Positions 44,738-54,503 of a stretch of DNA of 64,000 bases are shown in pieces (position 1 is the stretch's first letter; each line of letters starts with the position of its first letter). The stretch comes from Bacillales bacterium. Lineage in GTDB: Bacteria > Bacillota_I > Bacilli_A > RF39 > UBA660. Position numbers and translations under genes: made by a program. The notes beneath the pieces were generated by a model that was given only the letters and a program-made list of their open reading frames with translations, did not search any database and was not told the DNA's origin. Where the stretch lies: NCBI GenBank assembly GCA_016288795.1, contig JAEELI010000007.1:71206-135205 (forward strand), written 5' to 3'.

Positions 44738-45886
44738 CTAATCTTTAATTGCTTTCATATCTACTAGTTTGTAGCCATTTTCATAGTAAATAAAGAATAA
44801 TCTATCATGCATTTTATCTACTTTATCTTGACCATTAACTATCATATTCTTTTCTAAATATACTTCACAACTAAATGCATTATCATTATATATAATAAAG
44901 TTTTTTAGTGATTCATTGGTCCATACAGGATTTTTTAAGCGATGATTACTAACAAAAGTAATATCTACATTAGTTGCCCATCCCCATGCCATTCCATACA
45001 TATAACTATCTTTAATTAAATATGGAGACAACTTATAAAAACCATGACGTTCTCCACCTAAATCATTTGTTAAAAACAAACTATAATTCTTAGCTAAAGC
45101 TAATGGATCAAATTCATCTTTAATATACTTTTTAGCATCTTCTAATTTTGCTATTTCTATAAAATCATTTTTAATAACTATCTTATTATCTTTTGCTTCC
45201 CATTTGACTTCTTTGTTATTTTCATCAACTATTTTAATTTTGGGTTCATATACTAAGTTATTAATATTATAGATTTTACTCTTTTGAATCTCTATATGTT
45301 GAGTTAATCTATCTAAACCATCAACATCTCCCTCTTTGGTAACTGCTGAATCTTTAACTTCGTTGTTATTAATATATAATTTATATGAACTTGGAATATT
45401 TATTTCATAATGATATATACCATTATCAAAATACGTTTTTGCATCTACTACATCCCATTCATTAATAGTTAATATAGCCATCCTAATGTATTTATTAACA
45501 CTTTTTAATGAAACTGTAGAAACTACATTATCATTGATTTTTAAATCATAGGCATAAATACCATCTTTACTTAATGAATTATTCTTTTTAATTTTTAAAT
45601 CTTTACTTTTAAATACTTTCTTTATGCCTTCGGTTATTTTAGCATTTTTTCTTTCGTATTCACTAACTTCAAATAAATTATTATCTATATTCTTAGATAA
45701 TTTTCCACTAGTAGCAAGATAATTAATATAATTATCAACTAAATTTCTTTCATAAATAATCATACTATTATAAACATATATTAAAAATACTACACCTAGA
45801 ACTACTAGTAAAAATGTCCATAATGTTAAGGTTTTGCCATAAAAACTTTTTTTACGCCATCTTCTGGTTATCTTTAATTTACGCAT
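44738..45886 (-). CDS. hypothetical membrane-anchored extracellular protein
   Basis: N-terminal TM segment, 382 aa, no recognised motif. Tightly packed in the operon. Confidence 0.7.
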   Translation of the reverse strand: MRKLKITRRWRKKSFYGKTLTLWTFLLVVLGVVFLIYVYNSMIIYERNLVDNYINYLATSGKLSKNIDNNLFEVSEYERKNAKITEGIKKVFKSKDLKIKKNNSLSKDGIYAYDLKINDNVVSTVSLKSVNKYIRMAILTINEWDVVDAKTYFDNGIYHYEINIPSSYKLYINNNEVKDSAVTKEGDVDGLDRLTQHIEIQKSKIYNINNLVYEPKIKIVDENNKEVKWEAKDNKIVIKNDFIEIAKLEDAKKYIKDEFDPLALAKNYSLFLTNDLGGERHGFYKLSPYLIKDSYMYGMAWGWATNVDITFVSNHRLKNPVWTNESLKNFIIYNDNAFSCEVYLEKNMIVNGQDKVDKMHDRLFFIYYENGYKLVDMKAIKD

Positions 45887-45892
45887 ATATTA

Positions 45893-46933
45893 TTACCTCT
45901 TTTCTACCACAAATCCATCAGGCAAACGCCATGATGAATTAGAATAATATAGTGTAACTGATGTCATCTCATAATGCCCATCATAATACATACTAGAAGA
46001 TGAACCACCATCAATATTAGCAGCATTTACAGCACCATATTCACTCATAATATCAATTAAATCTGCAGCGGTTGCTCCTAAATGGCCATTAGCTCCTCTT
46101 CCATCAGTAACTAATAGTAGAACTGCACCATCTTTCCTTTGACCAATTGCTGTTCTTGGATTAGCGCCACTTCCAGACCCTTTTGTTTCCCTTAATTCAC
46201 CATTAATAATCAATTTGACAAAATGGTTATTGGCATCACTAGACTCTTCTTGGAAGGCAACTGCATCTCTAATTTTTTCATCTTTAATAACCTTTTCAAC
46301 TTGGCTAGCATTTTTACCACTTAAATCTATAATCTTAAGTAAATTATCTTCATTAAATCCAACTAAGTGTAATCCTGCAATTCCCCCAGGACTATTAAAT
46401 TCTATTTTACCTTCTTTAACGATTAATCCCATTGGTCTTCCACCTTTATTGCCAGAAGAATAATATAGTCCTCCATTTATTCCAGCAAAAGCATTGGCAT
46501 CATTAACTAATTTATCTAAAGTAACACCATACTCTTTCCAATTACCATCATAAATAGTAGCGACTTTTACTCTTGCAGGATCATTAACTATTATCATTTT
46601 AGCAGAATAGGTGCTTCCAGATATCTTTACTAATTCGATACCATTTTTATCTAAATCAGAGTTAGTATCAATTAGAGAATTATCTATTTCTTCATCTAAA
46701 GAAACCATACTATTACTATCAACTATCTCTTTAATTGCTTTATTACTCATAAACATTCTAGCTAAAAATTTCATTTGCCCAGTTTCTAGAATTGTTGTAA
46801 CAAATAAGTTTCTAGCATGAACACTTGGACCATAACAAAATATTAAACCCATAGAATAAACAGTAACTAATAAAACCAACAAAAAAACACCAATAAAACT
46901 AAAAAATTTTCCTATTAATTTTAATACTTTCAT
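45893..46933 (-). CDS. phosphodiester glycosidase family protein (NAGPA/DUF2233-like)
   Basis: N-terminal TM segment, then AGINGGLYY, RTAIGQRKDG..LLLVTDGR, NIDGGSSSSM. Confidence 0.8.
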   Translation of the reverse strand: MKVLKLIGKFFSFIGVFLLVLLVTVYSMGLIFCYGPSVHARNLFVTTILETGQMKFLARMFMSNKAIKEIVDSNSMVSLDEEIDNSLIDTNSDLDKNGIELVKISGSTYSAKMIIVNDPARVKVATIYDGNWKEYGVTLDKLVNDANAFAGINGGLYYSSGNKGGRPMGLIVKEGKIEFNSPGGIAGLHLVGFNEDNLLKIIDLSGKNASQVEKVIKDEKIRDAVAFQEESSDANNHFVKLIINGELRETKGSGSGANPRTAIGQRKDGAVLLLVTDGRGANGHLGATAADLIDIMSEYGAVNAANIDGGSSSSMYYDGHYEMTSVTLYYSNSSWRLPDGFVVEKR

Positions 46934-47023
46934 AAACTACCAATCCTAACTTCTTTACATAAAAATATTATCATATATATATGATTTCTTCAAGTAAAGT
47001 GTTTGTTTAAATAAGGAAAACAA

Positions 47024-47054
47024 ATAAAAAAAATAGTTATATTAATAACTATTT
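47024..47054 (-). terminator. terminator after frr
   Basis: Minus strand reads AAATAGTTAT-TAAT-ATAACTATTT followed by T7. Confidence 0.7.
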
Positions 47055-47592
47055 ATACTTTCATTAATTCTGATTCCTTTTCCTTAACTTTTTCGTCTAC
47101 TATTTTATTATATTTATTAATTAGTTCTTGAACATCATCTAAATATAATTTTTCTTCGTCCTCAGGTAATTCAGCTTTTTTAATTGTATCATTATCGTCA
47201 CTTCTAATCATTCTTAAAGCAACTTTAGCCTCTTCCCCAATGGATTTAGCCTGACGAACATATTCCCTTCTTCTTTCCTCATTTAATTCAGGTATAGTAA
47301 TAATAACCATTTCCCCATTATTAGAAGGCGAAATCCCAAGGTTTGCTTCATTAATTGCTTTTTCTATATTTTTTAATGCACTTCTATCAAATGGTTTAAT
47401 AAACAATTGTCTAGCTTCTGGAACTGTTATATTAGCAATACTATTTAATGGTGTTGGTGTTCCATAATAATCAACCATAATTCCATTTAGCATTGCTGGA
47501 TTAGCTCTTCCAGCTCTAATAGAAACTAGTCTATCTTCTAAAACGCCAATAGCTTTTAACATTTTTTCTTCAGTATTTAAATTCAAATCCAT
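47053..47592 (-). CDS. frr: ribosome recycling factor
   Basis: MDLNLNTEEKMLKAIGVLEDRLVSIRAGRANPAML... The GGAGG RBS sits before the ATG at 47592. The 25-codon extension in the track overlaps the upstream gene and is rejected. Confidence 0.95.
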   Translation of the reverse strand: MDLNLNTEEKMLKAIGVLEDRLVSIRAGRANPAMLNGIMVDYYGTPTPLNSIANITVPEARQLFIKPFDRSALKNIEKAINEANLGISPSNNGEMVIITIPELNEERRREYVRQAKSIGEEAKVALRMIRSDDNDTIKKAELPEDEEKLYLDDVQELINKYNKIVDEKVKEKESELMKV

Positions 47593-47593
47593 A

Positions 47594-48361
47594 TTAATTA
47601 ACCTCCGTAATCTCATTATAATCGGTTTGAGTGGTTTTGACAAGAAAAGTAATAGATAATTTCCCATAATTATTAATATATAAGTTCTCTTCTTTTAATT
47701 CGTTAATTGTATCTTCTATCTTTATAACATCTACATTATTTACTTTAGTTTGTTTACCGCTTAAATACTCTGTAACTCTTTCTTTAACAATATCCATATT
47801 CAATCTATACATATTTAATAATTCATTACTCTTTAATAATTCACCACTTTGAACATTGAAGACATAGGCTTTAGAATCTTTAAATGTTACACCACCATTA
47901 TCCAAACATGAATAATTATAATCTTTTATTAATAAGCTTACGTATTTACCAAATTCAAACACATCATAATTACGGAATGTAAGAGCATATAAATCGTCAT
48001 AATTATATGCGATTAAATCTTTACTTAATAAATTCATTTCACTTATATGAACTATATTATTTTTATATATCTTGTTTTCTTTTTCCAAAGTTTCTGTTAA
48101 AGCTTCTTGACCTTTAAGATTAATAACTACATCTTTGTAATCAATTTCTGCTTCTTCACTTATTGCTGATTCATTTACAAAATAGATATAATCTTTATCA
48201 GCATCAATTTTATATTCTATCTTTTCTTCTTTTTTTTGTTGCTTTACTCTCTCTTTTTCGGTTAAAGTCCAATTAGTCCAAAAATATCCGCCTACTATTA
48301 AACCTATTATTAGAATAAAAAATAAAGAAAATCCCAATTTACTTTTAAATGTTTCTTCCAT
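47594..48361 (-). CDS. hypothetical membrane-anchored extracellular protein
   Basis: N-terminal TM segment, 255 aa, no recognised motif. Confidence 0.65.
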   Translation of the reverse strand: MEETFKSKLGFSLFFILIIGLIVGGYFWTNWTLTEKERVKQQKKEEKIEYKIDADKDYIYFVNESAISEEAEIDYKDVVINLKGQEALTETLEKENKIYKNNIVHISEMNLLSKDLIAYNYDDLYALTFRNYDVFEFGKYVSLLIKDYNYSCLDNGGVTFKDSKAYVFNVQSGELLKSNELLNMYRLNMDIVKERVTEYLSGKQTKVNNVDVIKIEDTINELKEENLYINNYGKLSITFLVKTTQTDYNEITEVN

Positions 48362-48369
48362 TTTATCAC

Positions 48370-48966
48370 CTATCCCAAATACTCTTTAATAGCGGTCTTT
48401 ATTTTTTCATATATAATTGCTTCTTGATTATCATTATAATAAATCTCAGGAGTTATATTACCTTTAAGAATTGCGGCATCATCTAAATATGCCACTACTG
48501 TTCCTTCTTTAACCATAATAATAGTTGGAGCATAAATATTTTGGATACCCAAATCATCTTGAGGAGCATATACTTCAAGAGTTCTAACTATAGTTTCGTA
48601 AGTTCCATTATTCTCTTCACGATCTTGTAAAAAATCATAATAATATATTTTATCTATATTGTATTCCATAGCGGCTTTATTTAAAATATGAGCATATGAA
48701 TCCATAAACTTGTTAGATGGAAATCCCATTAATATTATGCCAGTTCTTTTATTTATAATATTTAAAACATCAGTGGCATCAGAAAAAACATATAAATTAT
48801 TCTCATCCAAAGAATTATAAATCTTACTTATTTTACTTGCTTCAGAAACCTCGTCTTTATGAAAATCTATTCTCCCAATTACAATAAATAATGCAATGCA
48901 TATTGCAAATAGAATCATGTATATTATCATTTGTAATCTACTTTTAAACATCTTTTTCTTCTTCAT
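48370..48966 (-). CDS. membrane-anchored thioredoxin-fold-like protein lacking the CxxC motif
   Basis: TM anchor, then GIILMGFPSNKFMDSYAHILNKAA..IYYYD...YAPTIIMVKEGTVVAY. This is the Trx/Bta-like beta-alpha-beta pattern, with PSNKF in place of CxxC. Confidence 0.45.
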   Translation of the reverse strand: MKKKKMFKSRLQMIIYMILFAICIALFIVIGRIDFHKDEVSEASKISKIYNSLDENNLYVFSDATDVLNIINKRTGIILMGFPSNKFMDSYAHILNKAAMEYNIDKIYYYDFLQDREENNGTYETIVRTLEVYAPQDDLGIQNIYAPTIIMVKEGTVVAYLDDAAILKGNITPEIYYNDNQEAIIYEKIKTAIKEYLG

Positions 48967-49050
48967 ACTTTCACCTATTAATAATTATAACATAAAAAAA
49001 GAACTATTATTTATTTTAAAGTTCTTTTTTGTGTAAATTGATGTTAATAA

Positions 49051-50133
49051 CTAACTACACGATCCCTCAGTATTAGAATATTGCTCACACTTCTTTCCAG
49101 TAGATCTATCTGTACATCTTCGAATTTCACTGGCTGATGTAGTATAAGCACAAGAGATAGCACTATTTTGACATGTAACCCAAGTTCCTGAAGTAGTACA
49201 AGTAATACCTAATGCTGCAAACTGCGCATTTATATTTTCCAAATATTGTCCTAAACATATTTCTGTTCCACTAAATACTCCACATACATAGTTACGATTT
49301 ACACTTGTATCCACCTTTTTATAATATAAATAACCAGCATTAACTAAAGAAACATTACTAGAATATTGATTTGAATTATAATTGGTATTAGAGTAACGAT
49401 AAATCTCTAAATCAGTATTTACAACTAAGTTAACTGCTCCTTTAAAATCGTATCCTTCAGTCGTATTATCATAACTAGAATTATGAACAGCTCCACTGGA
49501 ATATACTGCACTATCGCCTTCATAGTAGTCAATCCATAAATATAGATAATAGGTATTTGTCATTCCGTAACCAATAGTGTTCGAATCTACTAAATAGTGA
49601 GTTTTATTTGTAAAACCACTTGTATCACTTCTTTGAGATAATGCATTATTAATATAATTAATAGTATTTGTTCCTGATACTGTAAGCAACGTAGATAAAT
49701 AATCAGCTGACTCTAGAACAGTTTGGCTTGCACCATTGAGTGATCTTTTTACTTGGATACGCATTTTATTATCAGGGATATAATACGGATCTGATGCATT
49801 AACATGATTTTTAGATAAACTAGTAAATGCTAAAACATAGTTAATTGCATCACCGCTTGTACAAGTGTTAGTAACTGTAATTGTAACGGGAACTACGTTA
49901 GCTAAAGCATAAGCATCACTTATTGGATATTGATAATTTAAATTAATTGTCCCTGATTCAGAATAATTAACATCTAAGCATGCGGTAGTATTTTTTACAG
50001 TCGGATTAGTAGCAAAACCTGTAGTTGATACAGCCATGTACGCAAAAGACACAAAAACACTTAAGCTAATTAATATTAGGGCAAATAAAAGAGTTACAAT
50101 AAAAACTTTTTTTTGATGATTGTTTTTTGTCAC
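49051..50133 (-). CDS. secreted protein, 'AYF-signal' family member 3 (divergent) with Cys-rich C-terminal cap
   Basis: GTG start. KKVFIVTLLFALILISLSVFVSFA/YMAVSTTGFATNPT. The C-terminal ~85 aa hold 9 Cys and end in ..GSCS, with the same Cys spacing pattern as 2026..3180. Confidence 0.8.
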   Translation of the reverse strand: MTKNNHQKKVFIVTLLFALILISLSVFVSFAYMAVSTTGFATNPTVKNTTACLDVNYSESGTINLNYQYPISDAYALANVVPVTITVTNTCTSGDAINYVLAFTSLSKNHVNASDPYYIPDNKMRIQVKRSLNGASQTVLESADYLSTLLTVSGTNTINYINNALSQRSDTSGFTNKTHYLVDSNTIGYGMTNTYYLYLWIDYYEGDSAVYSSGAVHNSSYDNTTEGYDFKGAVNLVVNTDLEIYRYSNTNYNSNQYSSNVSLVNAGYLYYKKVDTSVNRNYVCGVFSGTEICLGQYLENINAQFAALGITCTTSGTWVTCQNSAISCAYTTSASEIRRCTDRSTGKKCEQYSNTEGSCS

Positions 50134-50217
50134 TTTATCACCCTATTCTCTCTTATAATTATATAATAATAATAAGATATATTCAATTAAAAAACAGATG
50201 TTAATTGATATTAACAC

Positions 50218-51609
50218 CTATTTTATATAGTTAACTAAATAATTGTATATTTCTATGAACTTCATTCCGTATGATGCTTTTAATAATATATTATCTCCTT
50301 TTTTTATAGATTCTTTAATTTTATTAAAAGCATCTAAATTATTATCAAAGCTTTCTATATTATTATAATTATTCCTATTTAATTCATTTTTTATATATTT
50401 TGATTCTTCTCCAACTGTTATAACTAGATCGATTTTATTATCTATAATAACTTGAGCTATTGCTCTATGGAGTTTTTCAGAATAATCTCCAAGTTCTAGC
50501 ATATCTCCTAAAACTGCCACTTTTCTTCCTTTTAAAGTTCCTAAATAATTAATTGCAGACGTCATAGAGTCTAAATTAGCATTATAACAATCATTAATTA
50601 TTACGTAACTATTAATATTATTTATTTCCATTCTTCTTTTGGTTAAAGAAAAACTTTCTATACCCAATTCTATTTTAGAAGTATCTATTTTTAGATAACT
50701 TCCCAAAGCCAATGCACATAGTGCATTGAGAACGAAATGTTCTCCAGGAATATTTATTTTAAAATTATATGTTTTATTATTAATGTCTGTTTTAAAAGAA
50801 CTATCTAAGGCTTTTGTTTCTATATCGTATGCCTTATAATCACTTATATTATTAATACCAAAAGTAATAATATTTCTATTGTCTTTATTCTTTATATAGT
50901 AATCATGTAATAAATCATTATCATTATTAATAACTAAAACCCCATCTTTATCCATACCATCAAGAATTTCTAATTTAGCCTTTAAAATGTTCTCTCTAGA
51001 GCCCAAATTACCTATATGAGCCGTCCCAACATTTGTAATAACACTTATACTAGGTTTAGCTATTTGGGAAAGAGAGCTTATCTCTCCAAGGCTATTCATT
51101 CCCATCTCCACTACCAAAGCATTTTCATCTTTTAATCTTAAAATCGTTAATGGAACTCCAATATGATTATTATAATTACCTTCAGTTTTTAAAACATTAT
51201 ACTTTTGACTTAAAACTGAAGCAATTATATCTTTTGTGCTTGTCTTTCCCACACTACCAGTAACCCCTACCACTAAAATGTCATATAGACTTCTTTTGTA
51301 TTTTGCAAGACTTTGGATTGCTTTAATAGTATCACTAACCAAGATTAAAAATCTATCTGAATAATTGCTTAAAAACTCTCTATCAAGTTCTATATTATCG
51401 TTGATAATACATCCCAAAGCTCCCTTTTCAAAAGCTTCTTTATATAGAGTATTACCATCAAAGTTTTCTCCTTTTATTCCTATATATATATCATTAGGTT
51501 CCATAGTTCTAGTATCTTTAGAAAAATTAATTAATGGGGTATTTTCATCCCCCATAATTAGTTTTCCATTAGATAGCTTAACTAAATCTTTTAAATATAT
51601 ATTATGCAT
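50218..51609 (-). CDS. murF: UDP-N-acetylmuramoyl-tripeptide--D-alanyl-D-alanine ligase
   Basis: GVTGSVGKTSTKD plus the Mur ligase middle and C-terminal domains. 463 aa. Confidence 0.92.
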   Translation of the reverse strand: MHNIYLKDLVKLSNGKLIMGDENTPLINFSKDTRTMEPNDIYIGIKGENFDGNTLYKEAFEKGALGCIINDNIELDREFLSNYSDRFLILVSDTIKAIQSLAKYKRSLYDILVVGVTGSVGKTSTKDIIASVLSQKYNVLKTEGNYNNHIGVPLTILRLKDENALVVEMGMNSLGEISSLSQIAKPSISVITNVGTAHIGNLGSRENILKAKLEILDGMDKDGVLVINNDNDLLHDYYIKNKDNRNIITFGINNISDYKAYDIETKALDSSFKTDINNKTYNFKINIPGEHFVLNALCALALGSYLKIDTSKIELGIESFSLTKRRMEINNINSYVIINDCYNANLDSMTSAINYLGTLKGRKVAVLGDMLELGDYSEKLHRAIAQVIIDNKIDLVITVGEESKYIKNELNRNNYNNIESFDNNLDAFNKIKESIKKGDNILLKASYGMKFIEIYNYLVNYIK

Positions 51610-51613
51610 TAAA

Positions 51614-52273
51614 TCACCTGTTCTTTTTAATTATATTCAAAATTTCATCATATAATTTCTTGTTTGCTTCCTCTAACTCCATATCTCCAACTTTAAATGG
51701 TTTACCAAAAGTAATCTTTAAGTTTTTTGTTCTAAACTTATATGTTCCTGTAATAGCAAATGGAACAATAGTAGCATTAGTTTTCTTTGCCATAGAAACT
51801 GCTCCAAATTTAAAAGGTTGTAATAATTCTTTAGTTTTATTTCTTGTTCCTTCAGGGAATAAACCTAAGGCTAGTCCTTTATTTAGAACTTCTAGAGCTT
51901 GTGCCTTAGCGTTATCATCATGTATTTGTCTATTAACTGGAATACATCCCATCATATTAAAGAACCATTTTGTTTTTGGATTTTGCCAATATTCTATTTT
52001 AGCCATATAATGCACTGGCCTTTTAGTATTTAAAATAGCTAAGCATTGATCCATTAAATGAATATGGTTTCCGCAAAATAGAACTGGTCCTTCATCAGGA
52101 ATAACCTTTTTGTTTTCAGTTTTAAAAGGATAATAAAATCTAAATACTAATCCTAAAGGATATTTCCAGAAATTAAACCAGAACATACCAAATTCATTTT
52201 TTCTAAATGAACGAAAGCAAATAAATATAATGTAAAGACATAATAAAATTAATAAAATATATAAAACTACCAT
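51614..52273 (-). CDS. plsC: 1-acyl-sn-glycerol-3-phosphate acyltransferase family protein
   Basis: HX4D motif NHIHLMDQ and FPEGTRN. Confidence 0.88.
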   Translation of the reverse strand: MVVLYILLILLCLYIIFICFRSFRKNEFGMFWFNFWKYPLGLVFRFYYPFKTENKKVIPDEGPVLFCGNHIHLMDQCLAILNTKRPVHYMAKIEYWQNPKTKWFFNMMGCIPVNRQIHDDNAKAQALEVLNKGLALGLFPEGTRNKTKELLQPFKFGAVSMAKKTNATIVPFAITGTYKFRTKNLKITFGKPFKVGDMELEEANKKLYDEILNIIKKNR

Positions 52274-52330
52274 AATATCACCTATAAAAATAATATCATA
52301 TTTAAGGAATTATTACTATAAAAAGAAGAA

Positions 52331-54040
52331 TTATTTTAATAATTCTTCTCTAAGTTTATTATAATCAGTTTTCATAAATTTTGTTTTAGGAAATTCTTTT
52401 TTATAAATATATTCTCTTGGTATCATGTAATGGGCTAAGTTCTTATTTGCATAATCCATTATTTCTTTTTTTACTGTCCAAGATTCCTCTACTCCATCTT
52501 TTAAAACAATAAAGGCCTTAGCCACTTCTTGTTTATATGGGTGAGGAACTCCAACTACACAAGCATCTTTAATATATTTATTTTCTCTTAAAACATTTTC
52601 AATATGTTGAGGATATACATTATAACCAGATGAAACTATAATTCTTTTCATTCTTTGAACATAGAATACTACTCCATCTTCATCAATATATCCTAAATCC
52701 CCAGTATGAATATACTTTCTTCCATCTTTATATAATTGTAGTGTTTTATTGGTATCTTTTTCATTGTTTAAATACCCCTTCATAACAACTATACTGTTAA
52801 CACATATTTCTCCAACTTCTTTTGGCTTCATTTCTTCATTGGTTTTTGGATCAATTATTTTAACTACATTACCTACCATTGGGGCTCCAACTCCACCAAG
52901 TTTATTACTTCCTAAAGAGCCAAAACAAACAGGACCTGTTGTTTCAGTCATTCCATAACCTTGTTGTAAAACTTCAGGAGAGCCATGACTTTTTAAAAAG
53001 TCATTAATCTCTTTATTTCTTTTTTCTGGAATAGAGTCTCCTCCACATATAACATATTTAAATTGCGAAAAAGAAACGTTTTTCATCTTTTCATTTTTAA
53101 GCATGGCCTCATATAATGTAGGAACTCCAGTCATAACTACTGGTTTATATTTAGATAAAACCTTATCAAACTTTTTAGCATCAAATTGAGGCACTAAAAT
53201 GCAAGTAACACCAAGACATATTGGGACATACATACATACTACTAAGCCAAAGCAATGGAAAAATGGTAATATTGATAAAACTGAATCTCCAGGCACTAAT
53301 AAATGAAAATTAATTTTAGCTTGTTCATTCATACCTATAAAGCTGCGGTTTGCTAAAAGAATACTCTTAGGAATACCTGTAGTGCCTCCGCTATGAAGAA
53401 TAACTGCATCATCAGTTGATGAACGATGAACATCTATTTTACCATCATAATAATCCCCTAAATGTAAGAATTCCTTCCAAAACATATAGAAACTATTGTT
53501 ATTCTTTGGCTTTTCTTCTTTTCTTTCTCTTGTTACTTTATATAGTCCAGTTAAAAATACTGGCATTGAATCACTTGGACTAGCAAAGATAACTTTATAT
53601 ACTGATGTTTCATTAATAATACTTTTTATTTTATTATATAAAGCACTATAACAAATCATTAGAACACTATTAGTTTTATTTAAATAATCTTTTATTTCTT
53701 CTTCTGCTGATAAAGGATGAACCATATTAACTATAGCTCCTATTTTATTTATTGCAAAAAAAGTAATCGCAGATTCAGGAGTATTAGGTAAACATATTGT
53801 AACAACATCATTTTTTCTAACTCCTAGGCTTTTTAAAGATTTTGCACATCTATCTATATAATCCCAAAAAGTTTTATAAGTTATTTTTTTACCAAAATAA
53901 TTAATTGCTGGATAATCAGCAAAATCCTTGGTTTCTTCAATCATATACTCATATAATGACATATTAGGTATATTTATATCATAATCTTTGTTGTTATAGT
54001 AATGATCCCATAAAAACTTTTCTTTTTCTTTATTCTTCAT
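52331..54040 (-). CDS. AMP-dependent acyl-CoA synthetase/ligase (FadD-like)
   Basis: AMP-binding motifs HSGGTTGIPK, GYGMTET, GDLGYIDEDG. Confidence 0.88.
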   Translation of the reverse strand: MKNKEKEKFLWDHYYNNKDYDINIPNMSLYEYMIEETKDFADYPAINYFGKKITYKTFWDYIDRCAKSLKSLGVRKNDVVTICLPNTPESAITFFAINKIGAIVNMVHPLSAEEEIKDYLNKTNSVLMICYSALYNKIKSIINETSVYKVIFASPSDSMPVFLTGLYKVTRERKEEKPKNNNSFYMFWKEFLHLGDYYDGKIDVHRSSTDDAVILHSGGTTGIPKSILLANRSFIGMNEQAKINFHLLVPGDSVLSILPFFHCFGLVVCMYVPICLGVTCILVPQFDAKKFDKVLSKYKPVVMTGVPTLYEAMLKNEKMKNVSFSQFKYVICGGDSIPEKRNKEINDFLKSHGSPEVLQQGYGMTETTGPVCFGSLGSNKLGGVGAPMVGNVVKIIDPKTNEEMKPKEVGEICVNSIVVMKGYLNNEKDTNKTLQLYKDGRKYIHTGDLGYIDEDGVVFYVQRMKRIIVSSGYNVYPQHIENVLRENKYIKDACVVGVPHPYKQEVAKAFIVLKDGVEESWTVKKEIMDYANKNLAHYMIPREYIYKKEFPKTKFMKTDYNKLREELLK

Positions 54041-54437
54041 ATAAATCCTTCCTTTTGAATATAAATAACTTTTGAATAAAATAATTACAAATAAATATTA
54101 CACATTCCACAGGTATCTTAATAAGTGTGGCATCTATTTTTAATATGTATTTTAATCCTTTAACTGTAAATGCCGATACTAACATTTGCACTACAACTAA
54201 TATGTAATATTTAATAATTGTTTTCTTACTATTTTCACCACTTTTAAATACTTTATCTCTATTTAATAAATAATTAATAAAAGATGATATTATTCTAGCT
54301 AAAATAGTTGAAATTATTATTTCTTTAATAATTACTCTATTAAATAAGGTAAAAAGAGATATATCTATTAAAAAAGAAATAACTGCTACTAAAATATATT
54401 TTAAAAATGTACTATATTTTTTAATTACCTTTTTCAT
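54030..54437 (-). CDS. GtrA family membrane protein
   Basis: About 135 aa with 4 TM helices and the GtrA-type pattern (..FNR..IF..). Its 3' end overlaps the ligase start by 11 nt. Confidence 0.75.
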   Translation of the reverse strand: MKKVIKKYSTFLKYILVAVISFLIDISLFTLFNRVIIKEIIISTILARIISSFINYLLNRDKVFKSGENSKKTIIKYYILVVVQMLVSAFTVKGLKYILKIDATLIKIPVECVIFICNYFIQKLFIFKRKDLYEE

Positions 54438-54503
54438 ATATACCACATAAATATTCTAACAAAAACTGAAGATTATTTCTATACAAAAGGGAAAAATATT
54501 TAC

